Source: the human T2T-CHM13v2.0 reference genome, Homo sapiens. Taken from it: 64,000 nucleotides of DNA. The stretch lies in assembly GCF_009914755.1 (NCBI RefSeq), contig NC_060940.1; one strand, given 5' to 3'. Positions 46,322 to 58,868 of the stretch are shown in pieces. Below the pieces are notes generated by a model. It was not told where the DNA came from and made no database searches. It saw only the letters and a list, made by a program, of their open reading frames with translations. The translations under genes and the position numbers were made by a program. The first letter of the stretch is position 1. The number at the start of each line of letters is the position of its first letter.

Positions 46322-46847
46322 TGGATAGTATGGAAGACACCAAGATACCCCGAAGCATCCCCAGCTCCTAGATTCATGCCTTGCTGTAGTTCCCTCCAAC
46401 CATGAATAGGGCTGATCTGTGTGATCAATAGGACATTGCAGAAGTGACAGTATACACCTTCCAAGGTGAGGTCATACAAAGTGTCATAGCCTCTCTCCTG
46501 TCCTCTGTTAGGTCACTCCTTCTGGGGGGATGCAACTACCACTCCATGAAGAGACTCAAACCACCCAAGGGAAAGGTGCCCCTAGGGCAGGGAATCACAG
46601 TCTCTAGCCAACAGCCAGCACCAACTTACCAGACAAGAGTGAACCAATTTGGAAGCAGATCAACTAACCTCAGTCACACCCTTAGAGGACTGCAGCCCTG
46701 GCCGAGGTCTTGAATGCAATGTTATGAGATTCTAAGCTGCGTCCAAAGTCCTGACTCCCCCCCCAAAAAAGTGAGATAATAAATGTCTATCCTTTTTCAT
46801 CTGCTAAGTTTCAGGGCGATTTGATACACCACAACCTAACTGACACA
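46322..46847 (+). mobile_element. MaLR solo LTR (MLT1F-like)
   Basis: GCAGAAGTGAC, GCCAACAGCCAGCACCAAC, GACTGCAGCCCTGGCC, GTGAGATAATAAATG, GCTAAGTTT, ends TAACTGACACA. Confidence 0.8.
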
Positions 46848-46851
46848 GATG

Positions 46852-47270
46852 GTGACTTACATTGGGTTCCCTTTAAACAGACCCGGAGAGTGGTATTCAA
46901 GCACATATCATTTGAGGGAGTCTATTTCTGGAAGGATCTCTAAAAGGAGGAGTAAAGCAGGAAAGGGGAAGGGGCTGAACATGGATGCAGTCCCAGACAA
47001 GTTCTAGCCTTGCCTGGGGCCTTGGGAGCCTCTGCAGCATAAATTGCCCTGCTGAGTCATCCCCTGAGGAGATCAGGCATTGGTACTTCTGCATCCATCA
47101 GCATCGGAGGTGGGCTTTCCCCTTTGAGCATAACTTCCTGGGTGAGGCAGCTCTTACAAGTGGAAGGAAATTCTCCAGAGAAGGGGACAGAGAGAGCAAT
47201 GAATGACAAACTATCACCAAGCTATGGGAAGGGTCCACTTATTTGATAAAGAGGCTTGTGCTGGGCTCTA
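46852..47270 (-). mobile_element. ERVL solo LTR (LTR16-family)
   Basis: TTGGGTTCCCTTTAAACAGACCC start, GCATAACTTCCTGGGTGAGGCAGCTC. Confidence 0.55.
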
Positions 47271-47565
47271 TGGCACTCCTGCCCATGGGAAACCTCCAGC
47301 GTCATCTCCATCCTATTGGGCTCACTGTTCTGCTTCCCAGCAGGCCGGCTCCATGGGATCTCATCTTCCAGGCAGCTTCCTCTGTTCTAGCAGGTTCTTC
47401 CTTCCTCTTGGAACTGGAGATGGATTAGGATTCCTGCGAGTTCAGGCGGGGTGAATATACATTTATATCCCAGGAAGAAAATAGAAGAATAGAAACAAAA
47501 TGGCAAAGGCTTCATGCAATTTAACACTTGTAAGTCCAAGGCAACCCAGAAGCACTACAAGTTGA

Positions 47566-47918
<353 letters not shown>

Positions 47919-49024
47919 GGTGAAAAATATTTTTCTCTTTTTCATTCACTGTTATATCCCTATTTTAGTCTTTAGTTTATCAAGTTTTACTGTTTATTTG
48001 TACTTAGCAGTCCTTTTTAACTAACTCCCTTACTGTACACACCCTGAATATTGTAAGTGGCAGAGATAATATAGCTTGTTAAAGGAGAAAGAAGAAAACA
48101 GACCAAGTCATAGTGTTGGTTAATCCATCCCACACAGAGAGTCCGCGAGGCGTTGCAAAGAGTTCAGGCTGAAGGGGTTGATCACAGTGCTCAGGGAGTC
48201 ACCTTCAGTGGAATATCGTGATGGGAGCCTCCACACTCTTGAACTCAGCCAACAGGCTGACACGGCACGGGATTCTCACTTAGCAGGTATGCGCTGGATG
48301 CAGCCCTAACTCATCTCAGTGTCAAATGTCTATAAAACCACCAGACATTGCTGATAGAGTAGATCTTTGCATAACTCTAAGTCCAGCTAAGCTCAACACA
48401 TCCATCTCTAATTTCTGCTTTGGTCACCTCTTCTCATTCACTACTTTTGTCCTTGCCCAGACCCTGAAGTGGGGAAGGGGTACATGCTATAGCCCAGGAG
48501 GGAGACAAGGGAAAAGAGCAAAGACCAAAATATCCTGTCACACTTTTATTTATGGGTCACTGGCTCACGCATTTGTACATTACATCTGTACACATGTACT
48601 GTTGTCTCCAATTCAACCGGAAGCTTCTTTGAGTGTAGGGAGGTGGGTGCCTTGTTTCTTTTCTATCTTTGCCTCCAGAATATCTATATCAGCTGTACCA
48701 AGGTTCACATTTGTATATACCAACATCTGTATTTTCTGATACCGTGTCTACTGTGGCAGGTTCCCAGTAACTACTGGTTACATCATTCATAATCTTCCCA
48801 ATCTGATATTTTCCCCAATTGTTTCATGACATGTAAGATTCTTAACATCCTCCATCCACAGCATCAGGCACAGAGCAGATATTGTTGAGCGAATCGACAA
48901 CCTATCAATAGCTTTCTTTTTGATGTGGCATTTTAGGAAGGCAGCCTGCCCCTGCCCCACTGGACTCACCAGGCATGGTCCCAGCTCAGGGCTTGTACAC
49001 TTGAGGTCCCCTCTACCAGATAAG

Positions 49025-49340
49025 CCATTCCCATGAAGAGCCACACTCTGCTCACTTACTACAAGGCTTCATGTCACCCTGGCAATGAGATCATGTCTCA
49101 AATTGCAACAATGCTTCCCCCTTCCCTGTCTGCTCTGGTTTTATTCCTTAACACTTGAAAACATCAAAGCTATCAAGTATTTATCTTAACTGTATATCTT
49201 GTGTATTGTCTTTCCTTACTAAGTTCCACAAACAGGAGATTTTTCTCTTTTTTATTCACTGTTATATCTCTAGTACCTAAAATAGGTTGGCACAGAGTGT
49301 ACACTCACTAAATATTTCTTGAATTAATAAAGGAGTGAAT
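49025..49340 (+). mobile_element. L2 LINE 3' end
   Basis: TAAGTTCCAC...CAGGAGATTTTT...TTCACTG...TGGCACAGAG...CTCACTAAATATTTCTTGAATTAAT. Confidence 0.7.
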
Positions 49341-49998
49341 GGCTTAAATATGCATTCAAATCTAGGTTCAGCTATTTATTGGCAATCTGAGTCCCATTTC
49401 GGAGGAGTTTTCTACTATGTGATGTGGCACGTCATTTGATTTTTACGAGCCTCAATTAACTCAAATGTTAGTAGGCTGCCTATTTTCTTTACTTGTCACT
49501 TTTGAGAATCAACATCTCAGCTTTTCCCGAGAGAGGCAGAGCACCTCTGTTCAAAAGACAGCTTTTAACCAAGAAGCCTGGAGAGACAGCCTTGCTGAGT
49601 CTTTCTGTGGGAACCAAGTTGAATCTGAAATGCCCCTGGTAGCCTCAGCTGTCCCAAGAACGTCTGCTTAAGTGCTAATGAATTATTTCCATCTTTTTCA
49701 TGCATTGGGGTCACCAGGGAGAATATTGTTCTTGGACAAGAACGCATACATCCTCAGGAAACCCACACTTCGGGTAACCTCACCAGTAGGTCAGACTGTC
49801 TGTGTCTCTCTGGGACAGACAGAACAAGAGCTTCAATTACAGTCTTTGGAAGTCCCTTTCTTTGTGAGCTTGAATTTAGACTTCCCTTAACCTCCAAAAG
49901 GGAGGGCAACTCAAGGTGTCAGTGAAAGAACTCAGGTACAAAAAATGTTACAGGATTCAACAACTACCAGGATTTAAATTAGAAATGTCTGCATGTAT

Positions 49999-50000
<2 letters not shown>

Positions 50001-50048
<48 letters not shown>
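50001..50048. repeat. (GT)24 perfect microsatellite
   Basis: Direct reading. Confidence 0.97.
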
Positions 50049-50049
<1 letters not shown>

Positions 50050-50117
50050 GGGAGAGCAAGTAGCAAAAAACATTGGGGAAACAGACTGAACAACTTCTTG
50101 AATAAGACTTGAATCTC

Positions 50118-50389
50118 GGCCGGGCACAGTGGCTCATGCCTGTAATCCCAGCACTTTGGGAGACCAAGGCAGGCGGATCACATCAGGAGATCGAGACCGT
50201 CCTGGCTAACATGCTGAAACCCCGTCTCTACTAAAAAATACAAAAAATTAGCCAGGCGTCGTGGTGGGCACCTGTCGTCCCAGCTACTCGAGAGGCTGAG
50301 GCAGGAGAATGGTGTGAACCTGCGAGGCCAGAAGTTGCACTCAAGCCTGGGCAACAGAGCGAGACTCCTTCTCAAAAAGCAAAAAAAAG
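50118..50389 (+). mobile_element. AluY-like SINE with right-arm deletion
   Basis: GAGATCGAGACCGTCCTGGCTAAC, GAGAATGGTGTGAACC; TSD AGACTTGAATCTC at 50105-50117 and 50390-50402. Confidence 0.96.
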
Positions 50390-50996
50390 AGACTTGAATC
50401 TCTAATTGAAACGGTATTGTGCCCTTGCCTATAGAGGAAGAGAACAGAACTTACCATTATCTGCTATGTGCCATGACACGCTGCAACATCCAGTCACCAT
50501 GAAAACAGTGTGATCAAATTGTAATTTTACAGGTTTTTAAGAATGCAATAAAATAAAAACAGTTTCTACTTGCTGAGGGTCCTTTTGTGTTAAAAGCTGG
50601 TCTTTTCATGTTATACCTTTTTCATCTTAATGTTGTGGCATAGGAAATACTTATATTCTTTTATTAAAGATGAAGTCCTCAGGGCTGAAAGAGCTCAAGT
50701 GACATGTCAAAGAGCTCAAGTGTCAAGAGACTCAAATTGGAGTCTGCCTAACTCCAAAGACTGCAGTAGTTTCTATTTGCTTGTATTAGCTGGGGGATGA
50801 CAGGAAGGCTTAGCTGTTCTTTCCTACCTGGTCATTCACCTTTTTTCTCTTATATCCATTCTCCATTTTCTGCCTGCCTCTGTATTTCAGGAAGCTACAT
50901 TTCCCATGTTCCATTGTTTTCTGGCTTTTGGATGGACTTGACAATGGGAGGCACTGGCAGAAGATTAAAACAGTAAAGTGAGAAGCCAAAGTATTA

Positions 50997-51000
<4 letters not shown>

Positions 51001-51042
<42 letters not shown>

Positions 51043-51070
51043 TGTCTCTCTCTCTCTCTCTATCTCTCTC
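51001..51070. repeat. (CT)n microsatellite, interrupted
   Basis: Direct reading. Confidence 0.95.
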
Positions 51071-51439
51071 CCCCCACCCCGGCTTCCACACTCTGACACG
51101 ACTACATCTATTCCTATTATTTCTCCCGACGTAGGGATGGTAGAGCTGCTACTCAGCTCTGGGTTACCTCATCTCCTTTTTAGGTTCTCAGCTCTCCCAT
51201 CATCCATGTGGCCATTTCCCAATATTGCATTGTCTCTGTTTGAAAGACCCAGATCGGTATATATTTTCCCAGCTATGCTCTGGCTAATACATATATCTTC
51301 TTTCAGAAGACAAACATTATTCAGAGCATTTAAAACTGATATTAAAACTGCAGTTGGAATCAAAGCATAAGGAAGAGAGGGAGTAATCATCTCAATGATT
51401 TAAATTATGTGCATTTGGTATTATGCTAAGAACCACTGT

Positions 51440-51660
51440 GCAACAACCACAGGCTTTGTCATCAGAGCTAAAGCCTGTCACTGGTGTTTACTAGCTCTAG
51501 TGACTTAAGGAAAATTATTTCAGCCCCTCTGAGTCTCATTTTTATTAATAAAAAAACCCTGTTTTGCAGCATTGTTTCACAAATCAGAAATTGTGCATGT
51601 AAAATAGAAACACACAATTCCTGACACATAGAAGACAATCCATGAATGCTACTCATTGTT
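51440..51660 (+). mobile_element. MIR SINE
   Basis: CAGGCTTTG, TTACTAGCTCTAGTGACTTAAGGAAAATTATTTCAGCCCCTCTGAGTCTCA, CCTGACACATAG. Confidence 0.65.
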
Positions 51661-52121
51661 ACTTCGTTCCAATTAGCTTCAGGAATCTGAAAGATTTCAA
51701 AAGGGCTGTAAGTAAACATTTTTCAGTAATGGCAATAGAAATACATTGGTTTCATTTCAGGAAAAAATGATGAGTATGACATTTAAAATGAGGAGCTAAG
51801 AATGAAATATCATTACCTGAAATAACATTAAAACTGAAAGATTGGAATAGGAGGGGCAAAAAGAAGACAAACACTATAAAAATGTTTTCAACAATTTTTT
51901 TTTAATCACTCAGCCGGGAAGTATTTATTTAGCTTCTCCTAAATCCAGAGCTAGGTGAGAGACACCAAAATTAAGTGGCCTCACACTGGAAATGGAGATC
52001 TGGAATGACTATCAGGAAACCTGGGTACTGGTCCCAGCTCACTTCTCTCAGAGCCTCAGTTTCCCCATCTGCTAATTGCTAGGTCAGGGTCATGTGCTTC
52101 AGGATCACTCATACAACTTTT

Positions 52122-52342
52122 TCGTTTAACTTTTACTTTAAGTTCAGAAGTGCATGGACAGGTTTGTTACCTAGGTAAACTTGTGTCTTGGGGGTTTGTT
52201 GTACAGATTATTTCATCACCCATGTATTAAGCCTAGTACCCATTAGTTATTTTTCCCGATTCTCTCCCTCCTGTCACCCTCCACCCAGCCCCAGTGTGTG
52301 TTGTTCCCTATTTATCCATGTGTTCTTATCATTTATTTCCCA
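52122..52342 (-). mobile_element. Old L1PA 3'UTR fragment (L1PA13-16-like)
   Basis: TTTAAGTTCAG...CAGGTTTGTTAC...GTACAGATTATTTCATCACCCA...CCCATTAGTTATTTTTCC. Confidence 0.9.
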
Positions 52343-52357
52343 CTTGTACAACCTTTT

Positions 52358-52625
52358 TTGGGGGGAGGGGAGGGGGCCAATCTTGCTCACTGCAACCTCT
52401 GCCTCCCGGGTTCAAACCTCCGCCTCCCAGATTCTCCCACCTCAGCCTCCCACGTAGCTGGGACTACAGGCGTGAGCCACCAAGCCCGGCTAATTTTCGT
52501 GTTTTTAGTAGAGTGGGGTTTTGCCATGTTGGCCAGGCTGGTCTTGAACTCTTGAGCTCAAGTGCTCTACCCCCCTCAGCCTCCCCAAGTGCTGGGATTA
52601 CAGGCATCAGCCACCACACCCGGCC
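52358..52625 (-). mobile_element. Alu SINE (AluJb/S-like), 3' end replaced by a G/C run
   Basis: Antisense Alu ending CCACCACACCCGGCC; lacks the last ~40 nt of the right arm. Confidence 0.93.
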
Positions 52626-52949
52626 CTCATACAACTTTTAAAGCACACACTTACCCAGGCCCTGCTGTCAGAATCTGATTCAGTACATTCCCTGGAGGGG
52701 CCCCAGGGAAATTTATTCCCAAAGGCTGAAGACTCGGACATGCACTCCTGCGTAATCTCCTTGCCGATGACGATGAAGTCCCCTCTGGCTTTAAGACTCT
52801 CAAGCCACAACTGTACATCCACTGGAGGGGAACAGAGAAAGAGTAAGCAGTGAAGACTGCAGGAGATGGAGGAGGCTCCAGGAGAAGAAATGCCTCCAAC
52901 TTTGAAGGCTGATCAAGATTGAGATAGAACTAGGAGTGACATCTTTCTA

Positions 52950-53356
<407 letters not shown>

Positions 53357-53369
53357 TTACTGATTTACA

Positions 53370-53501
53370 CCTAGTAGAGGGGCACACATTCATAACGAAA
53401 ACTACTATCCTTTTTTGGTATTCCAAAGACTTTTCACTAATTCAAACTGCCCTTACAAGTCATGCAAATAATTGAGATTCACAGCATCTTAAAAAGTCCT
53501 A
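53370..53501 (+). repeat. Local direct repeat, copy 1 (~130 bp; partner 56147-56280)
   Basis: Shared TTTTTTGGTATTCC.AAGACTTTTCACTAATTCAAA.TGCCCTT.CAAGTCATGCAAATAATT..GAGATTCACAG..TCTTAAAAAG.CCTA. Confidence 0.92.
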
Positions 53502-53629
53502 ATGTACAACAGAACATGCTGAGAAGTTTGACTAAGCATGGATTTAAAATCCAGCTCCACGTCTCCATAACCTTGACTAAGCAAGTTTTACTTTCTCCAA
53601 GCTTTAGTTTCTTTGGTAAAAAGGGTACA

Positions 53630-54196
53630 ATGATAGACTGTATAAAGAAAATGTGGCACATACACACCATGGAATACTGTACAGCAATAAAAAAGAACAA
53701 GTTTATGTCTTTTGCAGGGACACCGATGAAGCTGGAAGCCATCATTCTCAGCAAACTAACACAGGAACAGAAAACCAAACACCGCATGTTCTCATTCATA
53801 AGTGTGAGCTGAACAATGAGAATACGTGGACACGGGGAAGGTAACATCACATACTGGGACCTGTGGGGGGCTGCGGGGCAAGGGGAGGGAGAGCATTAGG
53901 ACAAATACTTAATGCATGCAGGGCTTAAAACCTAAATGACGGGTTGATAGGTGCAGCAAACCACCATGGCCCATGTATACCTATGCAACAAACACGCATG
54001 TTCTGCACAGGTATTCCAGAACTTAAAGTAAAATTTAAAAAAAAGAGAAGGAAAAACTTGTCAGAGACACTGGAACTACTTCCTAAAGGGCATAGAAAAT
54101 GTCTTATTTCAGCTTAAGGTTTATCCAAATTGAGTCAGTAAATGATTTGTCAACTCAATGTGTTCCATGTGGAGGCAGGGAACTAGTTAAAAAAAG
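53630..54196 (+). mobile_element. 5'-truncated L1PA8-like insertion (L1 body 53630-54045 plus 3' extra segment) inside a MIR
   Basis: GGAGAGCATTAGGACAAATAC.TAATGCATGCAGGGCTTAAAACCTA 3'UTR; TSD AAAAAGGGTACA / AAAAAGGTACA. Confidence 0.92.
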
Positions 54197-54513
54197 AAAA
54201 AGGTACAGTAATGGTACTGGTGTCATAGATTTGAGGGTTAACTAGAATAATGCATTATGTACTTCCAATAAAAAAGAGCTAATACCATGGCCATTATCAT
54301 CACTATTGTTTCTACCATTTTCTATTAATTTCCCCTTGGATGGCTCACCCTGTCTTTAAACTCAATATGCCAATGCCTCACACCACCATGGTAAACTGCC
54401 AGAATCAAGCAGGAATAAAATGCAATCTGGGGTCTTGAAGAGAAACTAGGATAAATGGAGATAGAAATGGAGGGGATCAGGAAGGGTGATGTGGAAATTA
54501 GCAAGATTTAGAG

Positions 54514-54720
54514 CAGGGCCTCTCAAACTCCGCACTATCTGTTTATGGGCTGGACAGTTCTTTGTTATGGGAGCCTACTAGTGTATCGTGGGAAGTTTAC
54601 CATCCTCCCTGCCTCCACCCACTCAATGCCAGTTACACTCCCCAGTTTTAAGAACCAAAAATGAATCCAGACATGGCCAAATTTCCCCTGGGGGGTCAAA
54701 ACCATTCCAGTGAAGGACTT
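54514..54720 (-). mobile_element. MER20 hAT DNA transposon
   Basis: CAGGGCCTCTCAAACTCCGCACTAT...GGGCTGGACAGTTCTTTGTT...AACCAAAAATG...TCCAGACATGGCCAAATTTCCCCTGGGGG. Confidence 0.85.
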
Positions 54721-56146
54721 TTAATTTAAAGTAATGAAAATGGAGAGTCCTCAGGAGGAAGAGGTAGAAAGTGAAGACTAGAGGATTTAAAAGGCAAGTC
54801 CATTTTAATATGTGGAAAAAAACAAAGAGGGCAGGTGTTTTTGTTTTTGGGGTTTTGTTTGTTTGTTTGTTTTTTGGCAGGGGCTGAGGGGGTTGCTTGT
54901 CTGTTTGCCCATTTCAAAACCTTAGACCAGCCTAACAAAGAATTCCTGGATTTCCAAGGTGCTCAGGAGATGCAAGATGAAGAAATGAGCTAGTGAGGCT
55001 CCTTGACAATAACACAGTTTTCCCCAGATGGAAAGAGTGTCTAAGTCCAGATGACTAATGAAGAGTAAAGATCTTGGCTAATCACCAGAGGACTTTTTTC
55101 TCCCTTCAGTGGCCCTGGTTGCTGTGGAGATTTTAGAGTTTTCCACACAGCCCACGCCTGACCTCTCATCTCCCCACGGTGCTCAGACGGCCCAGGGAAA
55201 TCCTGGAGGGGACCTGCCAAGGGCTGTGGCCGAGGAAGCAGATCTCCCTCCTTATCGGCGGAGTAGGTCAACTTCCCCCCATTCTTTCCAAGAGGAAAAC
55301 GTACCAGGCAGCCAGGCTCATCAGAGCTGCCTGACAAAGGCCAACTGGTGAAGAGGTGAAGCAGAAATGGCCCAGCGGCCTGAGTATCAGCTACCCCTGA
55401 GTCAGCTGCAGGGTTTTGCAGGCCAGGGCCAGAGAGGGGCAGGGAACAGCTGCTGGTTGTCCTCTAAGGCAACCTGCCTTTCCCCTACCACACAAGCCGT
55501 CATTACCCCCTTCCTTCCTCTCCCCGTCACTCTGAAGTGCCCTCTGTTTTCCCAATGTCACTTTGCTCTGGCAAAGTCAGGCAGGCCACACGAAAGGGGT
55601 TTCCTTAAGTTGAATATTAATTCAAATACTCCAAGTGAGCACTTAAAGGAGCTGGTACAGTGAAGTACTGTACGTAACCCCTAGAACGTTCTTTGTCACC
55701 CTAACTTTATCATTGTTCCTTTTGCTCTTATTCTGAGGCTTTCATCCACATCATCTCCTGTGTGAAAGATGTTTTCTACTTGCATTTTAAGCCACCCTTG
55801 AAGACAGGTAACAGAATGTACACATAGCACAGTATACATTCACTTATTTTTTAAATCCCCAACAACACATAACTTCATGTCAGGTACTGTGTAGGTGCTT
55901 GGTGAGGGCTTGTATAAATCGATAAATTGATCAAAAGTATCCGGCAATCAACAACTCCACTTCTTAGTTTTGTCTTGAATCTGAACATTCACTCACTCGC
56001 TAGCCCAGTGTCATTTGATCACTCAGTCTCTCATTTAACCACTGTGCAGTTATTTTCAGGGCACCTCCCAGGTGTCAGGCACCACACCAGGTGCTGGAGC
56101 CATAATGGTGGAAGAAAGACATTGTCCCCAAACTCATGAATATATG

Positions 56147-56280
56147 CCTAGCAGTGGGGTACACATTCATAAAGAAAAAAAAAATTTTTTTTTTGGTATT
56201 CCCAAGACTTTTCACTAATTCAAAGTGCCCTTTCAAGTCATGCAAATAATTTGAGATTCACAGTGTCTTAAAAAGCCCTA
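56147..56280 (+). repeat. Local direct repeat, copy 2 (partner 53370-53501)
   Basis: See copy 1; roughly 85% identical by eye. Confidence 0.92.
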
Positions 56281-56565
56281 GAGCTCAACCATGTGCACCT
56301 TAAATAGAAAAATAAGTTTATGTTACATCACACTCAATTTAACTTACTTTCCTTCTTGGTCCATGCAAGATCTTTAGCTTCCCCCCACCGCTTCCTTTTA
56401 TCTCTAATTTCTGCTCCCATTTTCTACCCCATAAACCGTACTATACAATTTTCAGTATGTATCCTTAAATATGCTTGTAATATTATAAATTTTGTGCTTT
56501 ATGTATATGTATGCGCATGTGTGTTAAATTTACATTGAAGGTTTTGTGTTCAAAATCATATCCTG

Positions 56566-56589
56566 TTTCTTTTCTTTTTTCTATTTATT

Positions 56590-56628
<39 letters not shown>

Positions 56629-56914
56629 TTTGAGATGGTGTCTCGCTCTATTGCCCAGGCTGGAGTGCAGTGGCATGATCTTGGCTCATGGCAACCTCTG
56701 CCTCCTGGGCTCAAGCAATTTTCCTTGCCTCAGCCTCCCGAATAGCTGGGACTACAGGCGCCCGCCACCCGGCCCAACTAATTTTTGTATTTCTTAGTAG
56801 AGATGGGGTTTCACCATGTTAGCCAGGCTGGTCTTCAACTCCTGACCTCAGGGTATCACCTGTCTCGGTCTCCCAAAGTGCTGGGATTACAGGCGTGAGC
56901 CACCATGCCCAGCC
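56566..56914 (-). mobile_element. Alu SINE (AluS) with (TTTA)n tail microsatellite
   Basis: (TTTA)n ~56582-56631 then antisense Alu. Confidence 0.97.
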
Positions 56915-56998
56915 TCTTAATTAGAATTTTTATACAATCTGTACAGCCTGCTGTATCTTATGTGTTTAACGAATTAATACAGAATGCTGTATAGTATT

Positions 56999-57586
56999 TG
57001 TATCCATTTCTGGTTGCTGCTGTAACAAATTGCCACAAACTTAGTAGCTTGCACAATACAAATGAATCATCTTCCAACTCTCCAGGTCAGAAGTCTGAAA
57101 TGCATCTCACTAAATCAAAAGTTTCACTAAATGCATCTCACTAAGGGCTAAAGTCAAGACATTGGCAGAGCTTCATTCCTTCCTAGGAGAAAATCTTCTG
57201 TTTTGTAAACTCTATGGCTCTAGGGAAAAATCTATTTCTTTGCCCTTTCTTGCTTCTAGAGGCCTCCCACATTTCTTGGCTTGTGGCCCCTTCCTCCATC
57301 TTCAAAGCTAGGAATGGCAGGCCAAGTCTTTCTCATGCCACATCACTCTGACACTAATTTTTCTGTCTCCTTCTTCCACATTTAAGGACCCTGGTTACAT
57401 GGGCCTACAAGAATAATCCAGAATAATCTATTTTAAAATCAGCTTATTAGCAGCCTTACTTCCATCTAATCATCACCCTTTTTCCATGTAAGGTAACACA
57501 TCCATAGGCTCCAGGAATTAGAATGTGGAGAGTGTGTGTGTGTGTATAATGGTGGGAAGAGACAAAGAATTATTCTGCCTATCACA
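56999..57586 (-). mobile_element. MaLR solo LTR (MLT1C/D-like) with small internal duplications
   Basis: TG...CA termini, GCTGCTGTAACAAATTGCCACAAACTTAG, 5-bp TSD GTATT at 56994-56998 and 57587-57591. Confidence 0.9.
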
Positions 57587-57649
57587 GTATTCCATACTGT
57601 GTGTCCATTGTGTGTCTAATGAGTTAATAGAGAATAATGCATTGCACTG

Positions 57650-57745
57650 GTGCCCATTTCCTATTGCTGCTATAACAAACTGCCACAAATTTAGTGACTT
57701 ACACCATCCAAGTATATTATCTTCCAGTTCCAGAGGTCAGAACAA
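57650..57745 (-). mobile_element. Second partial MLT1 LTR end
   Basis: TTTCCTATTGCTGCTATAACAAACTGCCACAAATTTAGTGACTTA...GAGGTCAGAA. Confidence 0.75.
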
Positions 57746-57764
57746 AAAAAACATATACATAGGG

Positions 57765-57843
57765 TTTTTTGAGGTAGAGTCTTGTTATGTTGCTCAGGTT
57801 GGTCTCGAACTCTTGGGCCCAGCTGATCCTCCTGACTCAGCCT
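57765..57843 (-). mobile_element. Alu/FLAM fragment
   Basis: GAGTCTTGTTATGTTGCTCAGGTTGGTCTCGAACTCTTGGGC...GATCCTCCTGACTCAGCCT. Confidence 0.8.
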
Positions 57844-57943
57844 AGTTTTCTGTCTCCAGGGAAATAAGAGACACCAATTCCTTGCTAAAACAAACAGGGT
57901 CTTGTTGTTCATTCTAGCAGATCTGTGAGAGAATTTCTCTGGG

Positions 57944-57951
57944 ATATATAT

Positions 57952-58012
<61 letters not shown>
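57944..58012. repeat. (AT)n-(ACATAT)n microsatellite
   Basis: Direct reading; about 9 perfect hexamer units. Confidence 0.95.
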
Positions 58013-58122
58013 CCTGGGGATGGGATTATTGAGTTTTAAATAGGATTTATAGTTATGATACTGCATGATTTCACAAAAGGAAATGTTCACTTTGACTCTC
58101 TAGCAGGCAGGCAGTATTTCTA

Positions 58123-58868
<746 letters not shown>

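Noticed and set aside
53370-56280. 130-bp direct repeats as LTRs of a 2.9-kb retroelement
   Set aside because: No TG...CA termini, TSD, primer-binding site or polypurine tract; the interior is ordinary MIR/L1/MER20/L2 and unique DNA
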